A stretch of DNA of 62,779 nt, filler included, from Globobulimina sp. (Eukaryota): NCBI GenBank assembly GCA_003354225.1. It is 45 parts of 45 records of this genome, joined end to end, with 100 filler letters (N's around TTAATTAATTAA, not from the genome) between each part and the next. Parts side by side here need not be neighbours in the genome. Positions count along the whole stretch, not along the records: positions 61,484 to 62,779 come from PIVH01019199.1; 44 more parts are not named here. The stretch is one strand, 5' to 3'. The notes beneath the pieces were generated by a model that searched no databases, had not been told where the DNA came from, and saw only the letters and a list, made by a program, of their open reading frames with translations. The position numbers and the translations under genes are program-made. Positions 61,484-62,779 of this stretch are shown here, one piece after another. The first letter of the stretch is position 1. The number at the start of each line of letters is the position of its first letter.

Positions 61484-62460
61484 TCTTTGTCGAATATATC
61501 CATAAACCAACAGATTAGCCGTCACATTGCTTTTGTTGGAATTAATCATAATTTGTATGCATGACTGTTTAAATGGAGAGACAATGCCAATAAAAGGATA
61601 TGTCTCACCGAATAATTCCAAACATTTGGCCAATCTCAATAATTGTTGCTGGTTTCCTTGTAACTCCGATATCGGCTTATTATATGTTGCATCATTCCAT
61701 ACGTTTTTACAAATTGCGACAGATATATCATTTCCAAATGTATTAAAATCATTATACAGAAATCTTCCACTATTTAAATTGAAAATAATTCCACAAACTG
61801 ATAGCCAGCGTTTCTCCGCACATTGAGATAATTCATGCAATGATAACCGCTTTAGATTCTTATCAGTCGTCTCTGTATCAGATGGTTTCCAACATTGTGA
61901 ACATAAATCAGTGAAACCATCCAATTTCCCAACAATTGCGTATTTGAGAGAGAATCTTTCTATCCAATCATTCAAAGTTACCAAAAAATCTGAAGTTGGA
62001 TCAAAATCTTTTTTATTTCGATCGTGTGCGTTCATACTCATTACACCAAACATATACGTTGCGTCACATCCAGCAAACACATTGTATGCACCATCCGGAT
62101 AGCCGTAAAAGTTGCGTCCTGATTTATTAGTATATTCACACGGGAAATTGTACAATTTTAATGTACATGTACAAAATCGGATTATTGGGATACCTTTTGT
62201 CACATCAAATATTCGGCCACATATTGATGTCAGAATACGTTTGTGTTTTCTGCCATTGTAACTTGATATTTGTTGAATTGTCATCTTGCCGAATGGCATT
62301 CTGTCTGTTACTTCTGATGGTTCTGTTGCTTGTTGTGGTTGTGGTCGATGTGCACGCGCAGGTTGTGTTGTATTTGCTGGACGATTCAAAAAGTAAATAA
62401 TCACAGCACCAAACACAATGGCAACTACAATTGGAGGTGAAAGAAAAGCATTTGAACCAT
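61484..62460 (-). CDS. MAPR-type cytochrome b5-like heme/steroid-binding protein with tandem domains; in-frame 75-nt intron 62119-62193
   Basis: N-terminal TM; SYNG...ICGRIFDVTK/GRNFYGYPDGAYNVFAGCDAT...W..RFSLKYAIVG; second degenerate copy LSVCGIIFNL...YPFIG. Confidence 0.85.
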
Positions 62461-62779
62461 ATCAACTAAAACAAAACGGGCATCCGCATAATTGTTTGCT
62501 GCCTCCAAAACCGCATCGTTCCACATATATCCTATGGCAATAATAAGATCGAAGTCTCTATTGGCAAATTCATTGATCCGTTGCTGATAATCGTTGGTCG
62601 TGGTATCAATATTATATTCCACACTTAAACTGAAAGCGTCATTGGCTCTTTCCAGCCCAGCCTTGCATGATTGTAGAAAAGCCATATCGTCAAAACTAGT
62701 CCCCTGAGCAAGCATGGCTACTTTATAGGTACGAACAGGATTATCATTACCAGATTTTTCACAGGATTGAATACCAAAA
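62461..62779 (-). CDS. Bacterial BMP-family (PnrA/Med) ABC substrate-binding lipoprotein fragment
   Basis: DDMAFLQSCKAGL...DYQQRINEFANRDFDLIIAIGY.WNDAVLEAANNYADARFVLVD; breaks abruptly into eukaryotic sequence. Confidence 0.82.

Noticed and set aside
310-62465. Many short antisense or overlapping ORFs in the ORF track (e.g. 310-579, 12631-13272, 33874-34362, 49825-50076)
   Set aside because: Shadows of real genes on the opposite strand or frame, with no motifs

Overview
This window is not one locus. It is about 45 unrelated contigs of roughly 1.3 kb each, joined by an artificial N-run/TTAATTAATTAA/N-run linker, so synteny across linkers means nothing and most genes are truncated. Most contigs come from AT-rich eukaryote(s) with short GT-AG introns; the gene style suggests a protist, possibly a foraminiferan or other rhizarian (inference only). 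Recognisable eukaryotic genes: ZIP transporter, cytochrome c, TRP channel, coilin-like protein, FGGY kinase, DMXL/RAVE WD40, PPR protein, histones H3 and H2B, Tubby, TPP1/sedolisin, pectin acetylesterase/Notum, MAPR cytochrome b5. Eukaryotic mobile elements: Ty3/gypsy pol, DIRS RNase H/MT and tyrosine recombinase, and an intron-containing DD34E Tc1/IS630 transposase. A few contigs are bacterial or phage: sulfatase, serine recombinase plus small phage-like ORFs, tail-fibre-like protein, BMP lipoprotein. Best leads: (1) a eukaryotic RelA/SpoT-like nucleotidyltransferase with a zinc finger inserted in the catalytic domain and C-terminal ankyrin repeats; (2) a 1,179-bp circular or tandem non-coding unit with a structured-RNA-like segment; (3) an element with inverted ends that are each perfect hairpins with a compensatory change; (4) identical histone 3' stem-loops behind H3 and H2B; (5) a prokaryote-type M23-fold protein in eukaryotic form; (6) a gypsy RT with IQDD instead of YxDD. 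All family calls are from motif recognition; no database searches were run.
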